56,099 nucleotides of DNA from Omnitrophica bacterium GWA2_41_15 (GTDB taxonomy: Bacteria > Omnitrophota > Gorgyraeia > Gygaellales > UBA12090). The translations under genes and the position numbers were made by a program. Under the pieces are notes generated by a model. That model did no database searches. It had not been told where the DNA came from and saw only the letters and a program-made list of their open reading frames with translations. Below, one piece after another: positions 37,077 to 45,439 of the stretch; position 1 is the stretch's first letter; every line of letters starts with the position of its first letter. Location: assembly GCA_919901925.1 (NCBI GenBank), contig CAKKQA010000036.1, positions 1 to 56,099 of the forward strand. Reading direction: 5' to 3'.

Positions 37077-38180
37077 TTAAAGAATCGTGACTTCGGTATC
37101 TTTTTCAAAGAAATGGACTTTACTCATATCAAACACAAGGTCCATATCCTTATTAATAGGCGGGCGGTCATGCGCGCCTACCCTTGCCACAAAAATGTGG
37201 CGGCCCGTATTAAGGTAAAGGTAAACTTCCGAACCCATGGGCTCAATCACTTCGCAGGTTGCGTTAATAATATTTTCCGGTATGGCGGATGTGGTAAAAA
37301 GTTTATCATATATGTCTTCGGGGCGTATGCCGAAAATCACTTCTTTACCGGCATATTGCGCCATTTTGCCGGACATCTGCTCAACAAGGCGCACTAAAAT
37401 TTTGCCTTCGTCAAAATACAGCTTACCTTCTTTTTTAATTATCCTTCCATACATAAAGTTCATCGCGGGAGAACCTATGAAACTGGCCACGAACTTGTTA
37501 GCGGGATAATCGTAAATCGTTATCGGATCTGCCACCTGCAGCAGATTACCGTCCTTCATCACCGCGATCCGGTCTCCCATTGTCATCGCTTCAGTCTGGT
37601 CATGAGTAACATAGATCATCGTAGTCTGCAGGCGCATATGAAGCTTGTGGATTTCCGTGCGCGTCTGGACGCGCAATTTAGCGTCGAGATTACTTAACGG
37701 CTCGTCGAATAAAAACACCATCGGTTTCCTGACTATCGCCCTTCCGACTGCCACCCTTTGGCGTTCGCCTCCGGAAAGCTGCTTCGGCCTTCTGTCCAAA
37801 AGTTTTTTTATCCCTAAAATATTGGCAGCCTCCATAACGCGGCTTGAGATCTCCGGTTTAGGGTAACGCCTTAAACGCAAGCCAAAAGACATATTTTCAA
37901 AAACAGTCATATGCGGATAGAGGGCGTAATTTTGAAAAACCATCGCGATGTCCCTGTCCTTGGCAGGGACATCATTTACTACGCGATTGCCGATATAAAT
38001 CTGGCCCTCGCTTACTTCTTCAAGCCCGGCAATCATCCTTAAAGTCGTAGATTTTCCGCATCCGGAAGGGCCAACCAAAACCATAAATTCTTTATTTTCT
38101 ATTCCCAGGTTAATCTTATTGACAGCCATAACCCCGCCAGGATAAATTTTACATACATCTTTCAAACTCACTTGTGCCAT
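37077..38180 (-). CDS. ABC transporter ATP-binding protein, MalK/UgpC/MsmX-like
   Basis: Walker A GPSGCGKST, signature LSGGERQR, Walker B FLFDEPLS and a C-terminal TOBE-like domain are present. No permease or binding protein lies adjacent. Confidence 0.9.
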   Translation of the reverse strand: MAQVSLKDVCKIYPGGVMAVNKINLGIENKEFMVLVGPSGCGKSTTLRMIAGLEEVSEGQIYIGNRVVNDVPAKDRDIAMVFQNYALYPHMTVFENMSFGLRLRRYPKPEISSRVMEAANILGIKKLLDRRPKQLSGGERQRVAVGRAIVRKPMVFLFDEPLSNLDAKLRVQTRTEIHKLHMRLQTTMIYVTHDQTEAMTMGDRIAVMKDGNLLQVADPITIYDYPANKFVASFIGSPAMNFMYGRIIKKEGKLYFDEGKILVRLVEQMSGKMAQYAGKEVIFGIRPEDIYDKLFTTSAIPENIINATCEVIEPMGSEVYLYLNTGRHIFVARVGAHDRPPINKDMDLVFDMSKVHFFEKDTEVTIL

Positions 38181-38197
38181 TTTTTCTTTTCCTTTTC

Positions 38198-39034
38198 TTA
38201 TGTTAAATACTTGACTAATTCCCCCAGGCTTTTTTTCAAATTTTTGCGGTGAACAATCATATCAATAAGCCCATGGTCAAGAAGAAACTCGGATTTCTGA
38301 AATCCCGGCGGAAGCTTCTGGCGTATAGTCTGCTCGATAACCCTGGGGCCGGTAAAACCTATCAATGCTTTTGGCTCGGCAATTATTATATCGCCAAGGC
38401 CGGCAAACGACGCCATAACTCCTGCCATTGTCGGATTAGTAAGCACGGAGATATAGGGAAGAAGCGCCCTGTTATGCAAGGCTAGCGCCGCGGAAGTCTT
38501 AGCCATCTGCATTAAACTAAACATGCCTTCGTACATACGCGCGCCGCCGCCGGAACCTGAAACAATAATAACTGCCACCCGCGTACTTGTCGCTTTTTCA
38601 ATAGCCCTGCTGATCTTTTCTCCAACTACCGACCCCATCGAACCCATGATGAACCTGGAATCGGTAACCGCTATAATAACTTTTTTACCGTCTATCTTTC
38701 CTTCACCGGTTATCACTGCTTCCTTTAACCCTGTAAGCTCCTGGTCAGCCTTTAACTTATCTATGTAAGCCTTCGGCCCTTTAAAACCAAGAGGATCAAC
38801 GGGCATCATATCCGCGTCATATTCCTGAAAACTGCCGTCATCAATAATCTGCTTTATCCGTTCGCCCGAATTTAAGATAAAATGATACTCGCATTTCGGA
38901 CAGACCCTAAGGTTTTCTTCCAGCGTTTTATTATAAATAGGAGCTGAACATCCGTCGCACTTTGTCCATAAACCTTCAGGGATTTCCTTTTTCTTAACCT
39001 TGACTATCGTGTATTTCGATTTAAATAGCGGCAT
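38198..39034 (-). CDS. accD: Acetyl-CoA carboxylase carboxyltransferase beta subunit
   Basis: An N-terminal Zn ribbon (CDGC...CPKC) precedes a carboxyltransferase domain. Confidence 0.9.
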   Translation of the reverse strand: MPLFKSKYTIVKVKKKEIPEGLWTKCDGCSAPIYNKTLEENLRVCPKCEYHFILNSGERIKQIIDDGSFQEYDADMMPVDPLGFKGPKAYIDKLKADQELTGLKEAVITGEGKIDGKKVIIAVTDSRFIMGSMGSVVGEKISRAIEKATSTRVAVIIVSGSGGGARMYEGMFSLMQMAKTSAALALHNRALLPYISVLTNPTMAGVMASFAGLGDIIIAEPKALIGFTGPRVIEQTIRQKLPPGFQKSEFLLDHGLIDMIVHRKNLKKSLGELVKYLT

Positions 39035-39040
39035 GTTTTA

Positions 39041-39070
39041 TTGGTTAGCCGGTTAACTGGCTAACTGGTT
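39041..39070. repeat. Heptad array, CNGGTTA family (locus 2, single arm)
   Basis: TTGGTTAGCCGGTTAACTGGCTAACTGGTT overlaps the DUF1015 stop codon, upstream of accD. Confidence 0.6.
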
Positions 39071-40320
39071 TCGAATTTATGAACAACTAACCCCGATAAC
39101 AATTTGGGGTAAAAATAGGTGGACTTCGGAGGAAGCTTACGCTTCTCTAAAACGACCTCTTTCATCTGGCTTATTTTTGTCGGCCTTAAGAAAAACGCTA
39201 TTTTTGCTTTACCACTGTCTACAAGCTTTATTGATTCGCTAATATCAGCGGAATAAATGATGCTTTTGTCCTCAACGGTAAGCCCTAAAACTTCTGCCAG
39301 TAAAAACCTATTAAAAAGGCTCACATCAAGGCAGTCGAATTTGTCCGAAGGCAATGGCTTATTTAACCTTAAAAGGTAAAACTCTTTCTTAAAATACAAC
39401 CCGAAAACTCCTGAAGTTGCGCTGTTTGTTTCGAAAAGTTCTAAAAAATTCTTCCGATTCTTTGCCTTCTCTATTACAAAACCCCCAGCTATTTTGTCTA
39501 ATAATCTTCCACTAAGGCCCTTATTTATATCTTTAATCAACCGGTGTGTGGCCATAATAGTCAAAGAACCTGCCGACATATCGGTAAAATATGCCATAAT
39601 ATAATTATAAGAGGCTCTCTCCGAAAAATCAGGTAAATTATATTTTAGCATATCGCGGTATAAACACGCAACCTCAAATCTATGATGGCCATCAGCTATA
39701 AATATATCTTTGTCGCGCATATAAACCCTTAGGCTCTCCAGCATTTTTTTATCGTCTACGCGCCAAAGCCGGTTTAAAACTCCATACGCGTCTTTCACGC
39801 TGATTAACGGCTTACTTCCAGAACACAATCCTGCCATTTTTTTAATGTATCCGGCGATATCCGGGAACAAAACAAATATAGGGCTTAAATTCGCTTTTAC
39901 CTTCTTTATAAGCTCTAACCTGTCTTCCTTGGGCTTACTATGAGTGTGCTCATGCGGACGGACCAGGTCCTTGTCTATTTTAAGCAGGCCTATAAATCCG
40001 CAACGATCCGTTGATTTTCCCAGATGCTTATATTGTTGCTGGTAAAAATATACACCCTCGGAATCATCTTTAACAAGCGCCTTCTTTTTCAACCAATCAT
40101 TAAAAGCTTTTGCCGAACGCGTATATCTATTGTTATCTTTGGTATCCGAAGGGCGTATATTAGAAAGGATTAAACGGATAAAATTATACCGGCTTAAACG
40201 ATGATAATCTCTCTGCGCGGATTTTGAAATGATGTCATACGGCGGACAGACAAGCTTAGAGAAATCCCTGAATTTTTCTCTATTATAAAGTATGGCTTTG
40301 AAAGGTTTTACATCTATCAT
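39061..40320 (-). CDS. DUF1015 family protein
   Basis: The N-terminus IDVKPFKAILYN and the 419 aa length match my recollection of DUF1015. The function is unknown. Confidence 0.65.
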   Translation of the reverse strand: MIDVKPFKAILYNREKFRDFSKLVCPPYDIISKSAQRDYHRLSRYNFIRLILSNIRPSDTKDNNRYTRSAKAFNDWLKKKALVKDDSEGVYFYQQQYKHLGKSTDRCGFIGLLKIDKDLVRPHEHTHSKPKEDRLELIKKVKANLSPIFVLFPDIAGYIKKMAGLCSGSKPLISVKDAYGVLNRLWRVDDKKMLESLRVYMRDKDIFIADGHHRFEVACLYRDMLKYNLPDFSERASYNYIMAYFTDMSAGSLTIMATHRLIKDINKGLSGRLLDKIAGGFVIEKAKNRKNFLELFETNSATSGVFGLYFKKEFYLLRLNKPLPSDKFDCLDVSLFNRFLLAEVLGLTVEDKSIIYSADISESIKLVDSGKAKIAFFLRPTKISQMKEVVLEKRKLPPKSTYFYPKLLSGLVVHKFETS

Positions 40321-40400
40321 TTTTATAGTAGCTATATAAGATGCTGGGAAATGGAGAATAGAAAATGGGAAAGTATTTCTATTTATCCATTATCCATTTT

Positions 40401-40682
40401 CTATTTTCCACCACGGGCATTCTTTGGGCAGGATGAACAATCTTTACCTGAAGATACATTGCAAGACGGCTTATCCTGCTTTTCTTTTTCTTTATAGGCC
40501 TGTTTGCGGTAGTCGGTCGCGTAAAACCCCGAACCCTTAAAAATTATTCCCGCGCCATTGCCGATAACTTTGCGTAATGCCTTTTTACATTTAGGGCATT
40601 TTTCTAAAGGCGCGTCGGTCATTTTCTGCGTAATTTCAAAACTATGGCCGCATGATGTACATTCGTATTCATATGTAGGCAT
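40401..40682 (-). CDS. FmdB-family zinc-ribbon protein
   Basis: It begins MPTYEYECTSCGHSFE....CPKC. Confidence 0.8.
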   Translation of the reverse strand: MPTYEYECTSCGHSFEITQKMTDAPLEKCPKCKKALRKVIGNGAGIIFKGSGFYATDYRKQAYKEKEKQDKPSCNVSSGKDCSSCPKNARGGK

Positions 40683-40687
40683 ATTTT

Positions 40688-40785
40688 TGGTTAGTTGGTT
40701 TGCCAGTTGGCCAGTTTACCGGTTAAAATTTTTTACTTTTTAACTGGCTAACCGGCCAACCGGTTAACTGGTTAACTATCTAAAC
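40688..40785. repeat. Heptad-armed inverted repeat, CNGGTTA family (locus 3)
   Basis: TGGTTAGTTGGTTTGCCAGTTGGCCAGTTTACCGGTTAA faces TTAACTGGCTAACCGGCCAACCGGTTAACTGGTTAAC. It lies downstream of dnaJ. Confidence 0.7.
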
Positions 40786-41936
40786 GCTTTTTTCACTTTT
40801 TCGCTAAATGATTGTCTTTCACCGCTAAACTCGCCGCGCAGGCTGGCGAATTCTTCTATAAGATTTTTTTCCTGGCTGTTTAAATCTTTAGGAATCTCTA
40901 CATTAACCCGGACTAATTGATCACCCCTGGCATACCCGTGTAAATCAACCATGCCTTTTTCCTTTAACCGAAAAATCTTCCCCGGCTGCGTGCCTTGAGG
41001 TATCTTCATTCTTACTTTTTGATCTAAAGTATCGACTTCTATCTCCCCGCCTAAAAGCGCGGTGGTTAAATTTATCGAGGCTTGCGATAATACATCATTA
41101 TTGTGGCGCTCGAATTCAGAATGCGGCAAAACATTTATCAGGACATACAGGTCGCCATGGCCTTGTGTCCCTGCCTCGCCCTCTCCTCGGACACGCAAAG
41201 ACGAACCCGTATCGACTCCCGCCGGAATCTTAACCTCAATTTTACGAGTAACCCGCGCCCTGCCTTCGCCGTTACAAGATGAACAAATCTGACTTATTGT
41301 ATAACCTGCCCCGCGGCACTTAGGGCAGGTTTGCCTTATCTGAAAAAATCCGCTGGACATCACTACCTGCCCGTTGCCTTTGCATTGCGGACAAGTATTT
41401 TTCTTCGCTCCCGGCTTCGCGCCTGAGCCCTGACAGGTAGAACATAATTCGTATCTGGGAACGGTTATAGTTTTCTCAGCTCCGGAATACGCTTCTTGCA
41501 AAGTTATGTCAATTTCAATCTGCAGATCCCTGCCGCGCCTTGCGCGTTCTCGCTTTCCGCCGCCGGATGAGCCAAACACATCAAAACCCATATCGCCAAA
41601 AACCTCTTCAAATATACTTCCGCCAAAGCCAGAATCCTTCATATCGCCGAAAATACTTCCGAAATCAGCGCCCTTAAAAATATCTTCGTACGCGTACCGC
41701 TGGTCAATACCGGAATGGCCATATTGATCATACAGAGCGCGCTTTTGGGAATCGGACAAAACCGCGTAGGCCTCGGAAATCTCCTTAAATTTCTCCTCCG
41801 CCTCTTTCTTCTTCTCGTGAGGCACGCGGTCAGGATGATGCTGTAAAGCAAGATTTCTGTATGCTTTCTTTATCTCATCCAAAGTCGCGCTCTTAGCAGC
41901 TCCCAGTATTTCGTAGTAGTCTCGTTTAGTAGGCAT
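40776..41936 (-). CDS. dnaJ: Molecular chaperone DnaJ
   Basis: A J domain with HPD, a G/F region and four CxxCxGxG repeats are present. Confidence 0.95.
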   Translation of the reverse strand: MPTKRDYYEILGAAKSATLDEIKKAYRNLALQHHPDRVPHEKKKEAEEKFKEISEAYAVLSDSQKRALYDQYGHSGIDQRYAYEDIFKGADFGSIFGDMKDSGFGGSIFEEVFGDMGFDVFGSSGGGKRERARRGRDLQIEIDITLQEAYSGAEKTITVPRYELCSTCQGSGAKPGAKKNTCPQCKGNGQVVMSSGFFQIRQTCPKCRGAGYTISQICSSCNGEGRARVTRKIEVKIPAGVDTGSSLRVRGEGEAGTQGHGDLYVLINVLPHSEFERHNNDVLSQASINLTTALLGGEIEVDTLDQKVRMKIPQGTQPGKIFRLKEKGMVDLHGYARGDQLVRVNVEIPKDLNSQEKNLIEEFASLRGEFSGERQSFSEKVKKAFR

Positions 41937-41948
41937 ATTGCAATTAAT

Positions 41949-42013
41949 GTTGGAGCTTAGAGCTTAGTCCCTTAATCAACATCCAAATTCCAAGCTCCAA
42001 GCTCCAAGTTCTA
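41949..42013. repeat. Heptad-armed inverted repeat, CAAGCTC family
   Basis: GTTGGAGCTTAGAGCTTAG faces CCAAATTCCAAGCTCCAAGCTCCAAGTTCTA. It lies between dnaK and dnaJ. Confidence 0.7.
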
Positions 42014-42034
42014 TGTATTATCTATTTATTATTG

Positions 42035-43933
42035 CTATTTCTTCCCGTCTTCATCCTCCGCCTTGAAATCAGCGTCGATGATATCTTCGTCTTTTTTCTT
42101 CTTTGCCTTTGGCTCGTCCGCCTTTTCTTCCTTGCCTTCTTCAGTCGGCGAAGCGCCTTGTTGCTTATCCTGCTGTTTAGCGGCGCTTTGTTTGTAAATC
42201 TCTTCGGCCAACTTATGAGAAGCTTTAGTCAGGCTTTCCATAGCTGCCTTAATCTTCTCCGCATCCTTGCCTTTTATCGCCTCTTTAAGCTCATCTACCT
42301 TTTTCTGAATATCTTCTTTTTCAGGCGCCGATACCTTATCGCCAAACTCCTTAAGGGATTTCTCCGTCGAATAAACTAAAGTATCCGCCTGATTTTTTAC
42401 TTCCACTTCCTCTTTCTTCCTGGTATCTTCCGCGGCAAACTTCTCCGCGTTCTTGACCATTTTTTCGATCTCTTCCGGAGAAAGTTTTTTCGGCGCGGTA
42501 ATCCGGATTGACTGCTCTTTTCCGGTGCCTAAATCCTTAGCCGCGACATGCACAATCCCGTTTGCGTCGATATCAAAAGTAACCTCGACCTGCGGCACAC
42601 CCCGGGGAGCATTAGGAATACCCACCAAATCGAACCGCCCCAATTCCACATTATCTTCCACCATCTGCCGCTCGCCTTGAAGCACCCGTATAGTAACCGC
42701 TGTCTGATTATCCGCGGCAGTAGAAAAAACCTGGCTTTTTTTGGTCGGTATAGTCGTATTCCTCTCGATAAGTTTTGTATTGACCCCACCCAATGTTTCG
42801 ATACCCAACGATAACGGCGTAACATCCAGAAGCAGGACATCCTTCATATCGCCTTTAATAATCGCCGCCTGTATCGCCGCGCCCAAAGCCACGCATTCCA
42901 TCGGGTCAACGCCACGCTCAATCTTTTTACCGACATAATCTTCGACGAATTTCTGGACTATCGGCATACGCGTAGGCCCGCCAACCATGATTATACGGTC
43001 GATATCTTTCGCGGTAAACTTGGCATCAGACAACGCCTGCTCTATAGGATGGCGGCATCTGTTAATAATCGGGCCGATTAAATCCTCCAACTTTGCCCGG
43101 GTTATATTCATCGTCATATGTTTTGGCCCTGTATTATCGGCTGTAATAAACGGCAGGTTTATATCGGTAGACACTGTGCTGGACAACTCGATCTTCGCCT
43201 TTTCCGCTGCCTCACGCACACGCTGAATCGCCATTTTGTCATTTTTCAATTCAATGCCGGTTTCTTTTTTAAATTCACCGGTTATATATTCAATCAGCGT
43301 GGCATCCATATCAGTCCCGCCTAACTGCGTGTCTCCGGAGGTTGACTTTACTTCGAAAACGCCTTGAGCCATCTCCATTATGGTGACGTCCAATGTCCCG
43401 CCGCCCAAATCAAAGACCATAATCTTCTGTTCCTTCTGTGATTTCTCCAGGCCATACGCAAGGCAGGCGGCTGTAGGTTCGTTAACAATCCTTAAAACTT
43501 TCAAGCCCGCGATCTCTCCGGCATCTTTTGTCGCGGTTCTTTGGTTATCATCAAAATAAGCAGGGCAGGTAATCACCGCTTCTTCTATCTTTTCACCAAG
43601 ATAGGCTTCGGCATCTTGTTTAATCTTCTGTAAAATAAAAGCCGAGATTTGTTGAGGAGTATATTCCTTGCCATAGACTTTAAATTTATAGTCCGTGCCC
43701 ATTTTACGTTTTGCCGCCTGAATTGTGACTTCGGCATTTATTGCCGCCTGGCGCCGGGCAGGCTCACCGACCAAACGCTGTTCGTCTTTTGTAAAAGCAA
43801 CATATGATGGAAATGCCTTTCCCGAAGCAACCCCAGCTCCCTCTGCCGAAGGAATAATTACAGGCCTTCCCGCTTCCATAACTGCTGCCGCTGAATTAGA
43901 TGTCCCTAAGTCAATTCCGATAACTTTTGCCAT
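42035..43933 (-). CDS. dnaK: Molecular chaperone DnaK (Hsp70)
   Basis: [19 protein letters not shown] and a C-terminal Lys/Glu-rich lid are present. Confidence 0.97.
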   Translation of the reverse strand: MAKVIGIDLGTSNSAAAVMEAGRPVIIPSAEGAGVASGKAFPSYVAFTKDEQRLVGEPARRQAAINAEVTIQAAKRKMGTDYKFKVYGKEYTPQQISAFILQKIKQDAEAYLGEKIEEAVITCPAYFDDNQRTATKDAGEIAGLKVLRIVNEPTAACLAYGLEKSQKEQKIMVFDLGGGTLDVTIMEMAQGVFEVKSTSGDTQLGGTDMDATLIEYITGEFKKETGIELKNDKMAIQRVREAAEKAKIELSSTVSTDINLPFITADNTGPKHMTMNITRAKLEDLIGPIINRCRHPIEQALSDAKFTAKDIDRIIMVGGPTRMPIVQKFVEDYVGKKIERGVDPMECVALGAAIQAAIIKGDMKDVLLLDVTPLSLGIETLGGVNTKLIERNTTIPTKKSQVFSTAADNQTAVTIRVLQGERQMVEDNVELGRFDLVGIPNAPRGVPQVEVTFDIDANGIVHVAAKDLGTGKEQSIRITAPKKLSPEEIEKMVKNAEKFAAEDTRKKEEVEVKNQADTLVYSTEKSLKEFGDKVSAPEKEDIQKKVDELKEAIKGKDAEKIKAAMESLTKASHKLAEEIYKQSAAKQQDKQQGASPTEEGKEEKADEPKAKKKKDEDIIDADFKAEDEDGKK

Positions 43934-43956
43934 TTTAATACCCTCCTATTTATAAA

Positions 43957-44538
43957 TTATCCCTTTGTAGGGACAGCACACTGTGCTGTCCCTACATCTG
44001 GTTTCTTAGATACTTTTACTTTTGCTGTTCTTATAACTCTGTCGTTTAGAAAATACCCTTTCTGCAGGTCTTCAATAACCGTTCCCTCAGGCATGTCCGA
44101 TTCTACCTGCATCAAAGCTTCGCAAGTATGCGGATCAAACTGTTTGCCTATGGCTTCTACCGGTTTTAACCCGTGTTCTTTAAGCATCTCATAAAGATGC
44201 GCTAAAATCATTTCTATGCCTTTCAAAAAAGTCTCGGGGCTGGTATTTTTTTTCTCAGCGGCGGAAACTGTCCTTTCCAGATCATCAAGAACCAAAAGTA
44301 ATTCAAGGATAATCCCCTCATTAGCGTATTTAGCAAAATCCAGGGCCTGCTTTTCCACCCGCTTACGGGCATTTTCAAAATCCGCCTGCAGGCGAAGCAG
44401 CCGGTCATCATGCTCCTTCGCCTTTGCCACTCCTTCCAGAAGCTTCTTGTATTCTGCCTCGCTTAAGGTAATTATCTTCTCCTGTGAGGCGTGCGGCATT
44501 TCTTCTTTTTTGTCGTGAGTGTCTTTTGGGTTGTCCAT
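43957..44538 (-). CDS. grpE: Nucleotide exchange factor GrpE
   Basis: It has the GrpE coiled-coil plus beta-domain pattern (RLQADFENARKR...). The last ~12 codons derive from the Pal29 repeat. Confidence 0.9.
   Translation of the reverse strand: MDNPKDTHDKKEEMPHASQEKIITLSEAEYKKLLEGVAKAKEHDDRLLRLQADFENARKRVEKQALDFAKYANEGIILELLLVLDDLERTVSAAEKKNTSPETFLKGIEMILAHLYEMLKEHGLKPVEAIGKQFDPHTCEALMQVESDMPEGTVIEDLQKGYFLNDRVIRTAKVKVSKKPDVGTAQCAVPTKG
43967..43995. repeat. Pal29 palindrome copy inside the grpE 3' end
   Basis: GTAGGGACAGCACACTGTGCTGTCCCTAC is translated on the minus strand as VGTAQCAVPT, followed by KG and the stop codon. Confidence 0.9.
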
Positions 44539-44565
44539 ATTATATTATAAATTTATCGATTCACC

Positions 44566-44670
44566 GTCATTGCGAGGAGCTATCATTTGCATGCGGCGAC
44601 GAAGCAATCTCGTTTTAAAAACGTGATTGCTTCGTCACTGACATGCCAAACGAGGGTTCCTCGCAATGAC
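44566..44670. repeat. R105 nested-hairpin repeat, copy B (between hrcA and grpE)
   Basis: It has the same termini and inner stem as copy A. The middle arms differ. Confidence 0.85.
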
Positions 44671-44680
44671 GAAAAGAGGA

Positions 44681-45418
44681 TCACAGGTTTTCCAGCGCCT
44701 TGCCTACCAATTCCGACACATATTCCAACGTTGGGATCACCCGGGAATAATTCATGCTCCTTGGCCCTAAAACCGCGATGCGGCCGTACGGCCGGCCTTC
44801 AATACCGTATGTCGACACCACCAATGAACAATCGGAAATATCACGACAGGCAGTTTCCCATCCGATATAAACATTCAGCTTCTTCTCAAGGTCACGGTTA
44901 ATAATATCCAGCAACGTGTTTTTCTCCTCCAGCAATTTTAATATTCCGCGTATTCTCTCGATATTCTTCAGTTCCGGATACTCGGTTATAAACGAGGTGC
45001 CGTTATAATAGATTTTATTCCCGAGATTTATGGATGAGATAATCCCCGCGCAGCGGGTAAAATTGGACAAAACCTCCGATGCCCTTTCCATAATATCCTC
45101 AAGCTTATTAATCTGGTGATTATACTCGGAGGTAATCCGCTCTTTTTCATGGGTAACAAGTTCAATTTCGGAAGCAATGACATCTATATAGTAGCGGTAC
45201 CCTTTATCCGTAGGCACACGGCCGCTTGAGGTATGCATATGGGCCAGATACCCCTGTTCTTCCAATTCAGCCATTATATTTCTAATAGTGGCCGAAGAAC
45301 ACTCAAAAGCTCTGCAGATTTCTTCAGAGCTTACCGCGCTAGCAGTTTTGATATAATTATCGATAACCGCTGCCAAAACCTGCCTTCTTCTTGTCTCTTG
45401 ATCGATTATTCGTACCAT
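44681..45418 (-). CDS. hrcA: Heat-inducible transcription repressor HrcA (short form)
   Basis: An N-terminal wHTH and a C-terminal ...AVLGPRSMNYSRVIP... block are present. It is 245 aa, versus the roughly 340 aa I recall as typical. Confidence 0.75.
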   Translation of the reverse strand: MVRIIDQETRRRQVLAAVIDNYIKTASAVSSEEICRAFECSSATIRNIMAELEEQGYLAHMHTSSGRVPTDKGYRYYIDVIASEIELVTHEKERITSEYNHQINKLEDIMERASEVLSNFTRCAGIISSINLGNKIYYNGTSFITEYPELKNIERIRGILKLLEEKNTLLDIINRDLEKKLNVYIGWETACRDISDCSLVVSTYGIEGRPYGRIAVLGPRSMNYSRVIPTLEYVSELVGKALENL

Positions 45419-45439
45419 TTTAGCTTCCTTTGTGGAAAC

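Noticed and set aside
42032-42379. A 115-aa plus-strand ORF antisense to the dnaK 3' end. Similar antisense ORFs occur at 9844..10290, 15758..16162, 23376..23777, 26450..26920 and 34593..34973.
   Set aside because: All are fully contained antisense to strongly supported genes. They have low-complexity or hydrophobic composition caused by the complement of Lys/Glu-rich codons, with no RBS or independent homology features.
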